Shown: in pieces, positions 16,900 through 26,155 of the stretch
How positions within the stretch are numbered: position 1 is the first letter of the stretch
Layout of the letters: each line of letters starts with the position of its first letter
NCBI GenBank assembly: GCA_001799845.1
Contig: MGUG01000052.1
Location: 2,075-66,074, forward strand
Source: Elusimicrobia bacterium GWC2_64_44
Lineage (GTDB): Bacteria; Elusimicrobiota; Elusimicrobia; Elusimicrobiales; UBA9959
DNA: 64,000 nt
Direction: 5' to 3'
Notes under the pieces: model-generated
Database searches by the model: none
What the model saw: only the letters and a program-made list of their open reading frames with translations
Told to the model about the DNA's origin: nothing
Translations under genes and position numbers: made by a program

Positions 16900-19280
16900 A
16901 TCAGTTCCTTCCGCCAGCAGGCCTTAAGCCCGGCGAGGTCTTCCCTGAAGAGACGCTCGCTTGCGTCTTTTACCGAGAGGACCGGCTCTTCGCTCACATA
17001 GCCTATCTCCGCAACGGGCAAGCCCTTCACCAGGCGGAGGAATTCCGTCTCCTTGCCTTTGACCACCTCTACGGCCAGCCGGGCGGGGCTTTCCCCGAAC
17101 AGCAGCTCCGTCGCCGTAAGTTTCTTTTCCCTCGCCGCGGGGGCCAGGTCAAGCTCGGCGCCCAGCCCGCCCGAGAAGGCCATCTCGGCCAGCGTCACGG
17201 CCAGCCCGCCCTGCGACACGTCGTGCGCGGCCGCCACACAGCCGGCCTTTATGGCCTTACCGAGGCCGGCGTAAAGTTTTACCGCCGCCTTCATATCGAG
17301 CGCCGCCACGGCGTTATTGCCGGAGTCCGTTAGTTCGTTATAGACGGAGCCGCCCATACCGCGCGCGCTCACCCCGGCCAGATACACCGGGTTGCCGGCC
17401 TCTTTGAAGTTGATAGTGAGGGCCTTGCGCACGTCCTCTACCGGGGCCGTGGCCGAGATCAGCAGCGAGAGCGGTATCGGGTACTCCCGGCCGTCGGCGT
17501 CCCTGGACTGGTTGTAGAAGCTGTCCTTGCCGGAGATGAAGGGCGCGCCGTAGGCGATGGCCCCGTCGAGGCAGCCTTCGGCGGCCTGCACCAGGTCGCC
17601 CATCACCTCGGGGTCCTTGGGGCTGGCGGCGCAGAAATTGTCCAGTATGGCCGTGCGGGAAACATCCGCTCCCGCGCAGAGCAGGTTGCGCACCGCCTCG
17701 TCTATGGAATGCAGCGCCATCTGGTACGGGTCTATTTTGCCTATGGCAGGGTTGAAGCCGTGGCTGACGCCGAAACCGGAGAAATCCGACTGGTCCAGCG
17801 TGGCGGCCTGCGGCCAGATCACCGCGGCGTCGCCGGGGCCGTCGCCGTAACGCCCCTGCAGCGGCTTGCCCACGGTGCCGCCCTGCACCTCGTGGTCGTA
17901 CTGGGTTATGACCGAATGGCGGGAGCAGACATTGGGATGGGCCAGCAGCTCTTTCAGGATCTGACCGTATTTCCCGGAGGGACGCGCCGGCGGCGCGGCA
18001 TTTATTTTGATCTTGCGGCGGCGCGCCGGCTTCTCGAAATTGGGCACTCCGCCGTGCAGGAAGGCCATCGGCAGGTCTACTACCGCCTCCCCCCCGTGCG
18101 TGACCAGCAGGCGGCCGTCGCCGGGGAATTCGCCCATCACACAGTATTCGCAGCTCTCGGCCTCCAGTATGGCGACGAGTTTCTTGAGCTTGGCTTTGGG
18201 CACGGAGAGTATCATGCGCTCCTGGGATTCGGAAACCCAGATCTCCCACGGCTCTATGCGTGTATCTTTGAGCAGGGCTTTCTCCAGCCGCACCCGCGCG
18301 CCGGTCTCGGAGCCGAGCTCGCCTATGGCCGAAGAGAAACCTCCGGCGCCGCAGTCGGTCACGGCGCTGTAAAGCCCCAGGTCGCGGGCGCGCATCAGCA
18401 CGTCCAGCGCCTTCTTCTCGTTGACGGCGTGGCCTATCTGCACGGCGGAAGCGGAGGTGTCTTCGTCTATATTGGCCGATGAAAAAGTGGCGCCGTGTAT
18501 GCCGTCGCGGCCGGTGCGCCCGCCTATGGAAACTATCAGGTCGCCGGGGATGACCTTCTTGGCTATCTTGTCGACCGGGATGAGGCCGGCGCAGCCCACG
18601 TACACCAGCGGGTTGAGCAGGTAGCCCTCGTCGAAGTACAGCCCGCCGGCGGCGGTAGGGATGCCTATGCGGTTGCCGTAGTCGCGCACGCCTTCCACCA
18701 CGCCGCGCATGATGCGCTCGGGGGAATGGGCGTTCTTCGGGAGCTTCCGCTTGCTGTCCAGGCGTCCGAAGCAGAAAGTGTCGGTATTCAGCACGGGCTT
18801 GGCGCCCAGGCCTACGCCCAGGATATCGCGGATCACGCCGCCCACGCCGGTCTCGGCGCCGCCGTAGGGCTCCACCGCGCAGGGATGGTTGTGCGTCTCG
18901 GCCTTGAAGGCCAGTCCCCACTTGCCGCCGCGCCCGAACTCCACTATGCCGGCGTTGTCGGTGAAGACCGACAGGCACCATTTCCGGTTGAGCGTTTTGG
19001 TCGCCTTGACGATGGTTTCTTTGAAAAGGTTCTTGTACTTTTTGACCTTGCTCCCGTCCTTAAAAACGACCGGGCCGGAGAAGGTCTTATGCTTGCAATG
19101 CTCGGACCAGGTTTGCGCTATGGTCTCCAGCTCGCCGCGAGTAGGCTGGCGCCCCATCTTCTTGAACTGCCGCTGCGCCTCGGCCAGCTCCAGGGCGTTG
19201 AGCGACCAGCCGGCGGCCTTGTCCAGCGCCTCGAGTTCCTTGGCCGGGAGAGAAGTGAAGCTTGAGAGGGTGTCGTTCAT
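16896..19280 (-). CDS. purL: FGAM synthase synthetase subunit
   Basis: QTWSEHCKHK, ETHNHP, TGRDGIHGA, DCGAGG, SESQERM, SGKDS. Confidence 0.93.
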   Translation of the reverse strand: MNDTLSSFTSLPAKELEALDKAAGWSLNALELAEAQRQFKKMGRQPTRGELETIAQTWSEHCKHKTFSGPVVFKDGSKVKKYKNLFKETIVKATKTLNRKWCLSVFTDNAGIVEFGRGGKWGLAFKAETHNHPCAVEPYGGAETGVGGVIRDILGVGLGAKPVLNTDTFCFGRLDSKRKLPKNAHSPERIMRGVVEGVRDYGNRIGIPTAAGGLYFDEGYLLNPLVYVGCAGLIPVDKIAKKVIPGDLIVSIGGRTGRDGIHGATFSSANIDEDTSASAVQIGHAVNEKKALDVLMRARDLGLYSAVTDCGAGGFSSAIGELGSETGARVRLEKALLKDTRIEPWEIWVSESQERMILSVPKAKLKKLVAILEAESCEYCVMGEFPGDGRLLVTHGGEAVVDLPMAFLHGGVPNFEKPARRRKIKINAAPPARPSGKYGQILKELLAHPNVCSRHSVITQYDHEVQGGTVGKPLQGRYGDGPGDAAVIWPQAATLDQSDFSGFGVSHGFNPAIGKIDPYQMALHSIDEAVRNLLCAGADVSRTAILDNFCAASPKDPEVMGDLVQAAEGCLDGAIAYGAPFISGKDSFYNQSRDADGREYPIPLSLLISATAPVEDVRKALTINFKEAGNPVYLAGVSARGMGGSVYNELTDSGNNAVAALDMKAAVKLYAGLGKAIKAGCVAAAHDVSQGGLAVTLAEMAFSGGLGAELDLAPAAREKKLTATELLFGESPARLAVEVVKGKETEFLRLVKGLPVAEIGYVSEEPVLSVKDASERLFREDLAGLKACWRKELI

Positions 19281-19726
19281 ATTTTCTCTATTTTGAATTT
19301 GTTGACTATCTCGTTCACCAGGGTTTTCACTACGGCGTGTTTAAGCTTCGCCTCCGACTCGCAGGCGGCGTAATACGCGTGCCCGAACCTGACCACGGCC
19401 GGCTCCTTGCCCAGCACGTCGGCGATGGCGCCCTTGACGCTTTCCCCCACTACGTCGGTGACCGAGTCCTTCAGCCACACCTCGACGCGCCACGCGCCCT
19501 TGAAGCCGTTGGCGCCCGGCCTGAGGGAATACTTTTCGGTTATGCTGTCGGCCAGCAGTTCTTTGCCCAGGCGGTCGAAGTCCGGGCGGCTGAACGAGCC
19601 TTCCACCCGGTAAAGGCGCGACACCCGGGCCCGTTCCAGCTTCAGCCCTGCGTGCGCCATGCGCGCGACGAAGCCGTCTTCCTCGTTCTTTGCGTACTTT
19701 TCCTTGGTCCAGGTTTCGATTATCAT
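19277..19726 (-). CDS. purS: double-length (tandem-domain) PurS
   Basis: Between purC and purL; 149 aa from ATG 19726 (GGAGA SD); two PurS-like halves ending LLADSITE and LVNEIVN; VWLKDSVTD.VG motif. Confidence 0.8.
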   Translation of the reverse strand: MIIETWTKEKYAKNEEDGFVARMAHAGLKLERARVSRLYRVEGSFSRPDFDRLGKELLADSITEKYSLRPGANGFKGAWRVEVWLKDSVTDVVGESVKGAIADVLGKEPAVVRFGHAYYAACESEAKLKHAVVKTLVNEIVNKFKIEKI

Positions 19727-19761
19727 TTTTTCTCCGTAAAATTTAAGAGCCGGGCGGCACT

Positions 19762-20634
19762 TCACCCGGCTTGCGTTATTTTTTGCAGGGCTTCCTCGTA
19801 TTTTTTGAGGGTACCCCGCACTACTTCCTCGGGCAGCGTCGGCGGCGCGGACTTCTTGTCCCAGCCGAGACCCTCCAGCCAGTCCCTGACGTACTGCTTG
19901 TCGTAGCTGGCCGGGCTGCTGCCTACGGCGTATTTAGCCGCGTCCCAGAAGCGCGAGGAATCCGGAGTCAGCGCCTCGTCTATCAGTATCAGTTCCCCGT
20001 CGAGCAGGCCGAACTCGAACTTGGTATCGGCCAGTATTATGCCGGCCTTGGCGGCGTGCTCCGCCCCGAAATTGTAAAGGGCCAGGCTTTTTTCCCTGAT
20101 GGCCTCTGCCAGGCCGGGCGGCAGGGCCGCCGCCATCGTGGCGAAAGAGACATTCTCGTCGTGCCCCTGGTCCGCCTTGGTGGTCGGGGTGAAGATGGGC
20201 TCGGGCAGCCGCTGCGCCTCCAGCAGGCCGGGCGGCAGCGCTATACCGCAGACGCTGCCCTGCTTCAGGTATTCCTTCCAGCCGGAGCCGGTGATGTAGC
20301 CGCGCACCACGCATTCGAAATCCACGCGCTTCGCGCGGTGCACCAGCAGGGCCCGGCCGCGCATGTAGTCCCAGTCGAAGGCGGCCGGGGCGGCAACGCG
20401 GGCGCGTATCCCGTCTATATCGGAAGAAACTATATGGTTCTTGATTATATGGCCGGTGCGGCCGAACCAGAAGGAACTTATCTTATTAAGGATGGCGCCC
20501 TTGCCGGGTACCGGCGTGGGCAGTATGAAATCGAAGGCCGATATCCTGTCGGATGAAACTATCAGGAGATACTTCTCCCCCGCCGCGTACAGATCCCGCA
20601 CTTTACCCTGGTGTATCAGCTTCAGCTCAAGCAT
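19762..20634 (-). CDS. purC: SAICAR synthetase
   Basis: GKVRDLY, SDRISAFD, ECVVRGY, ADTKFEFG, DEALTPDSSRFW; start at second Met, 6 nt after AGGAG. Confidence 0.95.
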   Translation of the reverse strand: MLELKLIHQGKVRDLYAAGEKYLLIVSSDRISAFDFILPTPVPGKGAILNKISSFWFGRTGHIIKNHIVSSDIDGIRARVAAPAAFDWDYMRGRALLVHRAKRVDFECVVRGYITGSGWKEYLKQGSVCGIALPPGLLEAQRLPEPIFTPTTKADQGHDENVSFATMAAALPPGLAEAIREKSLALYNFGAEHAAKAGIILADTKFEFGLLDGELILIDEALTPDSSRFWDAAKYAVGSSPASYDKQYVRDWLEGLGWDKKSAPPTLPEEVVRGTLKKYEEALQKITQAG

Positions 20635-20683
20635 GCTCATCTCCTACTCAAGGTAGATTGCCCGCCCGCGCAACGACGACCGC

Positions 20684-21199
20684 TTATTTCATCTCTTCCA
20701 GATACTTCTTAAAGCCTATCTTGCCCAGCCTGGCGTTCTTGGCCAGCACTTCCCGCTTCATCGTCTCCCGGTAGGCCTTGAATTTGGCCCTGAGCGCCTT
20801 TTCCTTAACGCTCAGTATCTGCACCGCCAGCAGGCCGGCGTTCCTGGCGTTGTTCACGCCCACGGTGGCTACCGGTATGCCGGGCGGCATCTGCACTATG
20901 GAAAGCAGCGCGTCCATGCCGGCCAGCGGGGTGGCGTTCACCGGCACGCCTATGACCGGCAGCGGGGTGGCGGCCGCCAGCACGCCCGGCAGATGGGCCG
21001 CGGCGCCGGCCCCGGCTATGACGACGCCGAAGCCTTTTTTCTCCGCCGCCGAGACGAAAGCGAGGGCCGCCTCCGTGGTGCGGTGGGCGGAAAGTATCTG
21101 AATTTCGAAGGGTACGCCGAACTGCTCGAGGACTGCGGCGGCGGCCGACAATACTCCCAGGTCAGAATCGCTTCCCATGACGATGGCTGCTTTGAGCAT
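20684..21199 (-). CDS. purE: AIR carboxylase / N5-CAIR mutase
   Basis: MGSDSD, SAHRT, AGAGAAAHLPG, PVIGVP, QMPPGIPVATV. Confidence 0.95.
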   Translation of the reverse strand: MLKAAIVMGSDSDLGVLSAAAAVLEQFGVPFEIQILSAHRTTEAALAFVSAAEKKGFGVVIAGAGAAAHLPGVLAAATPLPVIGVPVNATPLAGMDALLSIVQMPPGIPVATVGVNNARNAGLLAVQILSVKEKALRAKFKAYRETMKREVLAKNARLGKIGFKKYLEEMK

Positions 21200-21342
21200 A
21201 CGCACCTCTTAACCGGGAACGTGGAAGTATTACTACGCTCTTATTCTACGATTTTAAGCCCCCCGGCACAAATCCGGCCGCGTTTCCCCGTCGTAAACGG
21301 CCAGAACAGCGCACTACCCTGTTTTATGGGCCCCGAAGGCCC

Positions 21343-21371
21343 TTGACAATACGCGGTTATAGTGGTATAGT
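21343..21371 (+). promoter_or_regulatory. sigma70 promoter of the Rrf2-hcp operon
   Basis: TTGACA, 17-nt spacer, TATAGT, with TG extension. Confidence 0.85.
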
Positions 21372-21378
21372 TATACCA
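21363..21378. promoter_or_regulatory. putative operator palindrome overlapping the -10
   Basis: TGGTATA-GT-TATACCA perfect inverted repeat. Confidence 0.6.
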
Positions 21379-21403
21379 GATTACTACAAAGGACCATCCA
21401 CGC

Positions 21404-21808
21404 ATGCAGACCATACTCAAGATCTCGGAAGCCGCGGCCATAGCGCTGCACGCCGCCGACTACCTGGCCCAGCGCACCGGCCTCGCCTCGGCGCAGGACA
21501 TCGCCCGCGACCTGGGCGTTTCCTACAACCACCTCTCCAAAGTGCTGCAGACCCTCACCAAGGCGCGCCTGGTGGCGCCGGTGCGGGGGCCCAAGGGCGG
21601 GTTCGCCCTCTCCCCCTCCGGCAAAAAAGCCACCGTGCGCGATTTCATGACCGCCATCGACGGCCCCGTGAAACCGCACGACTGCCTGATGGACGCGAAG
21701 GTCTGCCGGCACAGCGCCTGCATGTTCGGCAAGTTCCTCCACGACACCAACAAGCGCTTCGAGGCGGTGCTGGACGGCAAGATCTCGGAGTTTTCAAAGC
21801 GGAAGTGA
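21404..21808 (+). CDS. Rrf2-family transcriptional regulator with three C-terminal Cys
   Basis: IARDLGVSYNHLSKVLQ.L, RGPKGGF.L, C-x6-C-x4-C. Confidence 0.92.
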   Translation: MQTILKISEAAAIALHAADYLAQRTGLASAQDIARDLGVSYNHLSKVLQTLTKARLVAPVRGPKGGFALSPSGKKATVRDFMTAIDGPVKPHDCLMDAKVCRHSACMFGKFLHDTNKRFEAVLDGKISEFSKRK

Positions 21809-21843
21809 TTCAGGACAGGCAATTACTATAAGGAGATAACAAA

Positions 21844-23487
21844 ATGAGCGACGATATGTTCTGTTACCAGTGCGAGCAGGCGGCAAAAGGAACGGCGTGC
21901 ACCACCCAGGGCGTGTGCGGCAAGGACCCGGAGACGGCCAAGATGCAGGACCTCCTGCTCTGGCAGGCCAAGGGCATAAGCCAGTACGCCCACCAGGCCG
22001 CCAAGGCCGGCCATCGCGACCGCGCCATAGACGTGTTCGTGGTGGAGGCCCTGTTCACCACCGTGACCAACGTTAATTTCGACCCGAAGAACATAGCGCA
22101 GCAGATACAGAAGGGCCAGGCCATCAAGGAGAAGGCGAAGGCGCTGGCCGGGAACCCGAAGCTGGACGGTCCCGCCGCCTGGGCGGCCCCCTCCGATTAC
22201 AAGGCCCTGCTGGCCGAGGCCCCCGAGAAAGGCATAGAAGCCCGCCGGAAGGCGCTCGGCAACGACGCGGCCGGCCTGCAGGAGCTGCTGGCCTACGGCC
22301 TTAAGGGCATGGCGGCCTACGCCGACCACGCGCTGGTCCTGGGCCAGGAAGACGAGAAGGTCTACGCCTTCATCCACGAGGCCCTGGACTTCCTGACCAA
22401 GCCGAACCCGACGGTGGACGAGCTGGTGGGCTATAACATGAAGTGCGGCGAGGTGAACCTGCGCGTGATGGAGCTGCTGGATAAAGCCAATACCACCGCC
22501 TACGGCCACCCCGTCCCCACCCCCGTGCGCATCAACCCCCTCAAGGGCAAAGCGCTGCTGGTCAGCGGCCACGACCTGAAGGACCTGGAGAATATCCTCA
22601 AGCTGACCGAGGGCAAAGGCGTGAACGTCTACACGCACGGCGAGATGCTGCCCGCCCACGGCTACCCCGGCCTGAAGAAGTACAAGCACCTGGCCGGCAA
22701 CTACGGCGGCGCCTGGCAGGACCAGCAGAAGGAGTTCAACGCCTTCCCCGGCTCCGTCGTGATGACGACCAACTGCATACAGAAGCCGCTGGACGGCTAC
22801 AAGGCCCGCATCTTTACGACCGGCCTGGTGGAATGGCCCGGCGTGACGCACCTGGCGAACGGCGACTTCGCCCCGGCGGTGGAGGCGGCGCTCGCGGCCC
22901 CCGGTTTCACCGTGGACGGCGACCCGAGGACCATTCTGGTGGGCTTCGGCCATAACACCGTGATGGGCGTGGCGGGCACCGTGATAGACGCGGTGAAGGC
23001 CGGCAAGCTCAAGCACTTCTTCCTCATCGGCGGCTGCGACGGCGCCAAGCCCGGCCGCAACTACTACACGGAGTTCGCCGAGCAGGCCCCCAAGGATACC
23101 GTTATCCTGACGCTGGCCTGCGGCAAGTTCCGCTTCAACAAGCAGGAATTCGGCGATATCGGCGGCATACCGCGCCTGCTCGACATGGGCCAGTGCAACG
23201 ACGCCTACTCGGCCATCCAGGTGGCGGTGGCGCTGTCCAAGGCCTTCGGCGTGGGCGTCAACGAGCTGCCGCTGTCGATGATCCTGAGCTGGTACGAGCA
23301 GAAGGCCGTCTGCATCCTGCTGACCCTGCTGCACCTCGGCATCAAGAACATCCGCCTCGGCCCGACGCTGCCGGCTTTCGTAACGCCGGCGGTGCTGAAG
23401 GTGCTGGTGGAGAAGTTCAACATCATGCCGACCACCACGGCGGAGAAGGACCTGAACGCCATACTCGGCGCTAAAGCCAGCGCTTAA
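21844..23487 (+). CDS. hcp: hybrid cluster protein (hydroxylamine/NO reductase)
   Basis: MFCYQCEQ...C...GVCGK, SGHDL, HGEMLP, GGCDG, LACGK, GQCNDAY, SWYEQKA. Confidence 0.96.
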   Translation: MSDDMFCYQCEQAAKGTACTTQGVCGKDPETAKMQDLLLWQAKGISQYAHQAAKAGHRDRAIDVFVVEALFTTVTNVNFDPKNIAQQIQKGQAIKEKAKALAGNPKLDGPAAWAAPSDYKALLAEAPEKGIEARRKALGNDAAGLQELLAYGLKGMAAYADHALVLGQEDEKVYAFIHEALDFLTKPNPTVDELVGYNMKCGEVNLRVMELLDKANTTAYGHPVPTPVRINPLKGKALLVSGHDLKDLENILKLTEGKGVNVYTHGEMLPAHGYPGLKKYKHLAGNYGGAWQDQQKEFNAFPGSVVMTTNCIQKPLDGYKARIFTTGLVEWPGVTHLANGDFAPAVEAALAAPGFTVDGDPRTILVGFGHNTVMGVAGTVIDAVKAGKLKHFFLIGGCDGAKPGRNYYTEFAEQAPKDTVILTLACGKFRFNKQEFGDIGGIPRLLDMGQCNDAYSAIQVAVALSKAFGVGVNELPLSMILSWYEQKAVCILLTLLHLGIKNIRLGPTLPAFVTPAVLKVLVEKFNIMPTTTAEKDLNAILGAKASA

Positions 23488-23500
23488 CAGCTAGTGAACG

Positions 23501-23537
23501 GGGCGGGGCCGGAGTGAGTACTCTGGCCCCGCCCTTT
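23501..23537 (+). terminator. hairpin terminator after hcp
   Basis: 15-bp stem GGGCGGGGCCGGAGT/ACTCTGGCCCCGCCC followed by TTT. Confidence 0.65.
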
Positions 23538-23539
23538 AC

Positions 23540-23545
23540 TATAAT
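23540..23545 (+). promoter_or_regulatory. -10 element, leaderless configuration
   Basis: TATAAT 6 nt before ATG 23552, no SD. Confidence 0.6.
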
Positions 23546-23551
23546 AACCTC

Positions 23552-24307
23552 ATGAAACCCACGCGCGCCTTCCTGGAAAAGACCTACCGTGAGATGAACC
23601 GGCCGGAGTTCATCCACCCCGACCCGCTGGAATTCGTCTGGCGCTACGGCGCCGCGGCCGACCGCGAGGTCGTAGGACTGATAGCCGCCTGCCTGGCCTA
23701 CGGCAATGTCACGCAGATCCTGAAGAGCGTGGATAAGGTGCTGGCGCCGATGGGGCAGGCCCCCGCGGCCTGGCTGAAGACCACGCCCCCGGCGGAGATC
23801 AGGAAAGGGCTGGGCAAATTCAAGCACCGGTTTACCACCGGGGCGGAGATGGCCGTCTTCCTGCTGAACATCAAGCGCGCGCTGGAGAAATACGGCTCGC
23901 TGGAGAAACTGTTCCTCGCCGGCTACGACAAGAGTGAGCCCACCGTTGAGAACTCCCTATACCGATTTATCGACGCTTTCAACGCGCAGGCCTGCGCCCC
24001 CACGCTGACGCCCTGCACCGAGCTGAAGAGCTCCTTCAAGCGGGTAAACCTCTTCCTGCGCTGGATGGTGCGCAAGGACGCCGTGGACCCCGGCGTCTGG
24101 GCCGGTGTGCCCCCCTCCAAGCTGATCATCCCGCTCGACACGCACATGCGGCAGGTCTCCATGGGCATGGGCATAACGAAGCGCAAGGACACCTCCATGA
24201 AGACGGCCGTGGAGATCACCGCGTTCTTCAGCGGCGTCATGCCGTCGGACCCGGTTAAATACGACTTCGCCCTGACCCGCGCGGGCATCAGGGGCAACAA
24301 TACCTGA
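23552..24307 (+). CDS. TIGR02757/DUF2400 family protein
   Basis: DPL.F, LAYG, FKHRF, KRVNLFLRWMVR.D.VD.G.W, IPLDTH, DPVKYDFAL. Confidence 0.88.
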   Translation: MKPTRAFLEKTYREMNRPEFIHPDPLEFVWRYGAAADREVVGLIAACLAYGNVTQILKSVDKVLAPMGQAPAAWLKTTPPAEIRKGLGKFKHRFTTGAEMAVFLLNIKRALEKYGSLEKLFLAGYDKSEPTVENSLYRFIDAFNAQACAPTLTPCTELKSSFKRVNLFLRWMVRKDAVDPGVWAGVPPSKLIIPLDTHMRQVSMGMGITKRKDTSMKTAVEITAFFSGVMPSDPVKYDFALTRAGIRGNNT

Positions 24308-24387
24308 TTTTTAGTAGAATATAGTCTCTCTCTTTCGCTGACGGCTGGGTACCGGCAGCGCTTCAAGCATTTACTTCAGGAGGAAAA

Positions 24388-24960
24388 ATGAAAATAAAAG
24401 GTTCCAAGACCGAACAGAATCTGCTCGCTTCTTTCGCGGGCGAATCGCAGGCCCGCAACCGCTACACTTATTTCGCCGGCGCGGCGAAGAAAGAAGGCTA
24501 CGTACAGATAGCCAAGGCCTTCGAAGAGACCGCCGACCAGGAGAAGGAGCACGCCAAGCGCTTCTTCAAGTTCCTCGAGGGCGGCGACCTGCAGATCACC
24601 GCCACCTTCCCCGCCGGCTGCATCGGCGACACCGCCGCCAACCTTAAGGCCGCGGCCGACGGCGAGAAACACGAGTGGGGCCACATGTACCCCGAGTTCG
24701 CCAAGACCGCCCGCGAAGAGGGTTTCGAACCCGTCGCCAGGACCTTCGAGGCCGTCTCCGTGGCCGAGAAATACCACGAGTCCCGCTACCGCGGCTTCCT
24801 GAAGAACCTCGAGGAGGGAAAAGTTTTCAAGAAGGGCAAGAAAGTCACCTGGCGCTGCATCAACTGCGGCTACACCCACGAGGGCGAGACCGCCCCGGAG
24901 AACTGCCCGGCCTGCGCGCACCCGAAGGCCTATTTCGAGGTCCTCGCGGAGAACTGGTAA
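24388..24960 (+). CDS. rbr: rubrerythrin
   Basis: FAGESQARNRY, QEKEHA, EKYHE, C-terminal CINCG...CPAC. Confidence 0.95.
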   Translation: MKIKGSKTEQNLLASFAGESQARNRYTYFAGAAKKEGYVQIAKAFEETADQEKEHAKRFFKFLEGGDLQITATFPAGCIGDTAANLKAAADGEKHEWGHMYPEFAKTAREEGFEPVARTFEAVSVAEKYHESRYRGFLKNLEEGKVFKKGKKVTWRCINCGYTHEGETAPENCPACAHPKAYFEVLAENW

Positions 24961-24966
24961 AAACCT

Positions 24967-25515
24967 ATGGAAGAAAATACGAACGAAGAAGCCCAGAAAG
25001 AGCACGCGAAGCGCACGGTGACCATCCACGGCCGCCCGATGACGCTGGTCGGCGACGAGATGAAGGTGGGCACTCCCGCGCCCGACTTCAAAGTGACCGA
25101 TAACGACATGCTGCCCATGAAGTTTCTGCGCACCTACGGCGGCAAAGTGGCGGTTATCATAGCCGTGCACTCCCTGGACACCTCCGTCTGCGACCTGGAG
25201 ACCCGCCGCTTCAATAAGGAAGCCGAGGCTTTGGGCCCGGACGTCGGCGTGCTGGTGGTCAGCATGGACCTGCCGTTCGCCCAGAAGCGCTGGTGCGGCG
25301 CGGTCGGCATCAAAGCCGTGCGCACCTTCTCGGACTACCAGAGGGCCGAGTTCGGCAAGGCCTACGGCGTCCTGATCAAGGAGCTGCGCCTGCTGGCCCG
25401 GGCCGTGTTCATAGTGGACAAGGACGGCATTGTGAAGTACGCGCAGATCGTTCCCGAGGTCTCGAAGGAACCGGATTACGAAGAAGTGCTGACCGCGCTC
25501 AAGGCGCTGGTCTGA
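24967..25515 (+). CDS. tpx: thiol peroxidase (Tpx-type peroxiredoxin)
   Basis: SLDTSVC, SMDLPFAQKRWC, LARAVF, EPDY. Confidence 0.9.
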   Translation: MEENTNEEAQKEHAKRTVTIHGRPMTLVGDEMKVGTPAPDFKVTDNDMLPMKFLRTYGGKVAVIIAVHSLDTSVCDLETRRFNKEAEALGPDVGVLVVSMDLPFAQKRWCGAVGIKAVRTFSDYQRAEFGKAYGVLIKELRLLARAVFIVDKDGIVKYAQIVPEVSKEPDYEEVLTALKALV

Positions 25516-25545
25516 TTTTGGGTAAGGGTCAAGGAGAAAACAATA

Positions 25546-25926
25546 ATGGCTGAAAGAAGAGAAGTTTACAAGTGTGAAGCGTGCGGCAACATCGTAGAGG
25601 TCCTGCACGGCGGCCCCGGCGTGCTGGTCTGCTGCGGCTCCGACATGAAGGCGATGTTCGAGAACACCTCCGACGGCGCCAAAGAGAAGCACGTCCCCGT
25701 AATAGCGAAGACCGACAAGGGCGTGACCGTGAAGGTAGGCTCCGTGCCTCACCCGATGCTGGCCGAGCACTTTATCGAGTGGATAGAGCTGGTGGCCGAC
25801 GGCAAGGTCTTCCGCGAATACCTGCAGCCCGGCCAGGCCCCCGAGGCCACGTTCTGCCTGTGCTTCACGCCCAAGACGCTGGAAGCGCGCGAATATTGCA
25901 ACCTGCACGGGCTATGGAAAGCCTAA
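25546..25926 (+). CDS. dfx: desulfoferrodoxin (class I superoxide reductase)
   Basis: CEACGN...[27 protein letters not shown]. Confidence 0.95.
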   Translation: MAERREVYKCEACGNIVEVLHGGPGVLVCCGSDMKAMFENTSDGAKEKHVPVIAKTDKGVTVKVGSVPHPMLAEHFIEWIELVADGKVFREYLQPGQAPEATFCLCFTPKTLEAREYCNLHGLWKA

Positions 25927-25935
25927 GGAGATAAA

Positions 25936-26097
25936 ATGAAAAAGTACCTCTGCAAGCTCTGCGGCTATATCTACGATCCGGCTGTCGGCGATCCCGACAA
26001 CAACGTCCCCCCCGGCACGGCTTTTGACAAGCTGCCCGAGGGCTGGGTGTGCCCGGTCTGCGGCGCCGGCAAGGAAGAGTTCGAAGTAGAGAACTAG
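25936..26097 (+). CDS. rubredoxin (53 aa; missing from the supplied ORF track)
   Basis: Manual translation [53 protein letters not shown]; AGGAG SD. Confidence 0.95.
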   Translation: MKKYLCKLCGYIYDPAVGDPDNNVPPGTAFDKLPEGWVCPVCGAGKEEFEVEN

Positions 26098-26113
26098 CCC
26101 CTTCAGCAAAAAC

Positions 26114-26144
26114 AAAACCCCCGGCCTGGGCGCCGGGGGTTTTT
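26114..26144. terminator. bidirectional intrinsic terminator
   Basis: AAAACCCCCGGC-loop-GCCGGGGGTTTT between convergent genes. Confidence 0.85.
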
Positions 26145-26155
26145 ATTTGGCCGCG

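Noticed and set aside
21200-21342. Purine or PRPP riboswitch in the pur operon leader
   Set aside because: A TAAAAT -10 near 21251-21256 implies a short leader, and no aptamer motifs are visible
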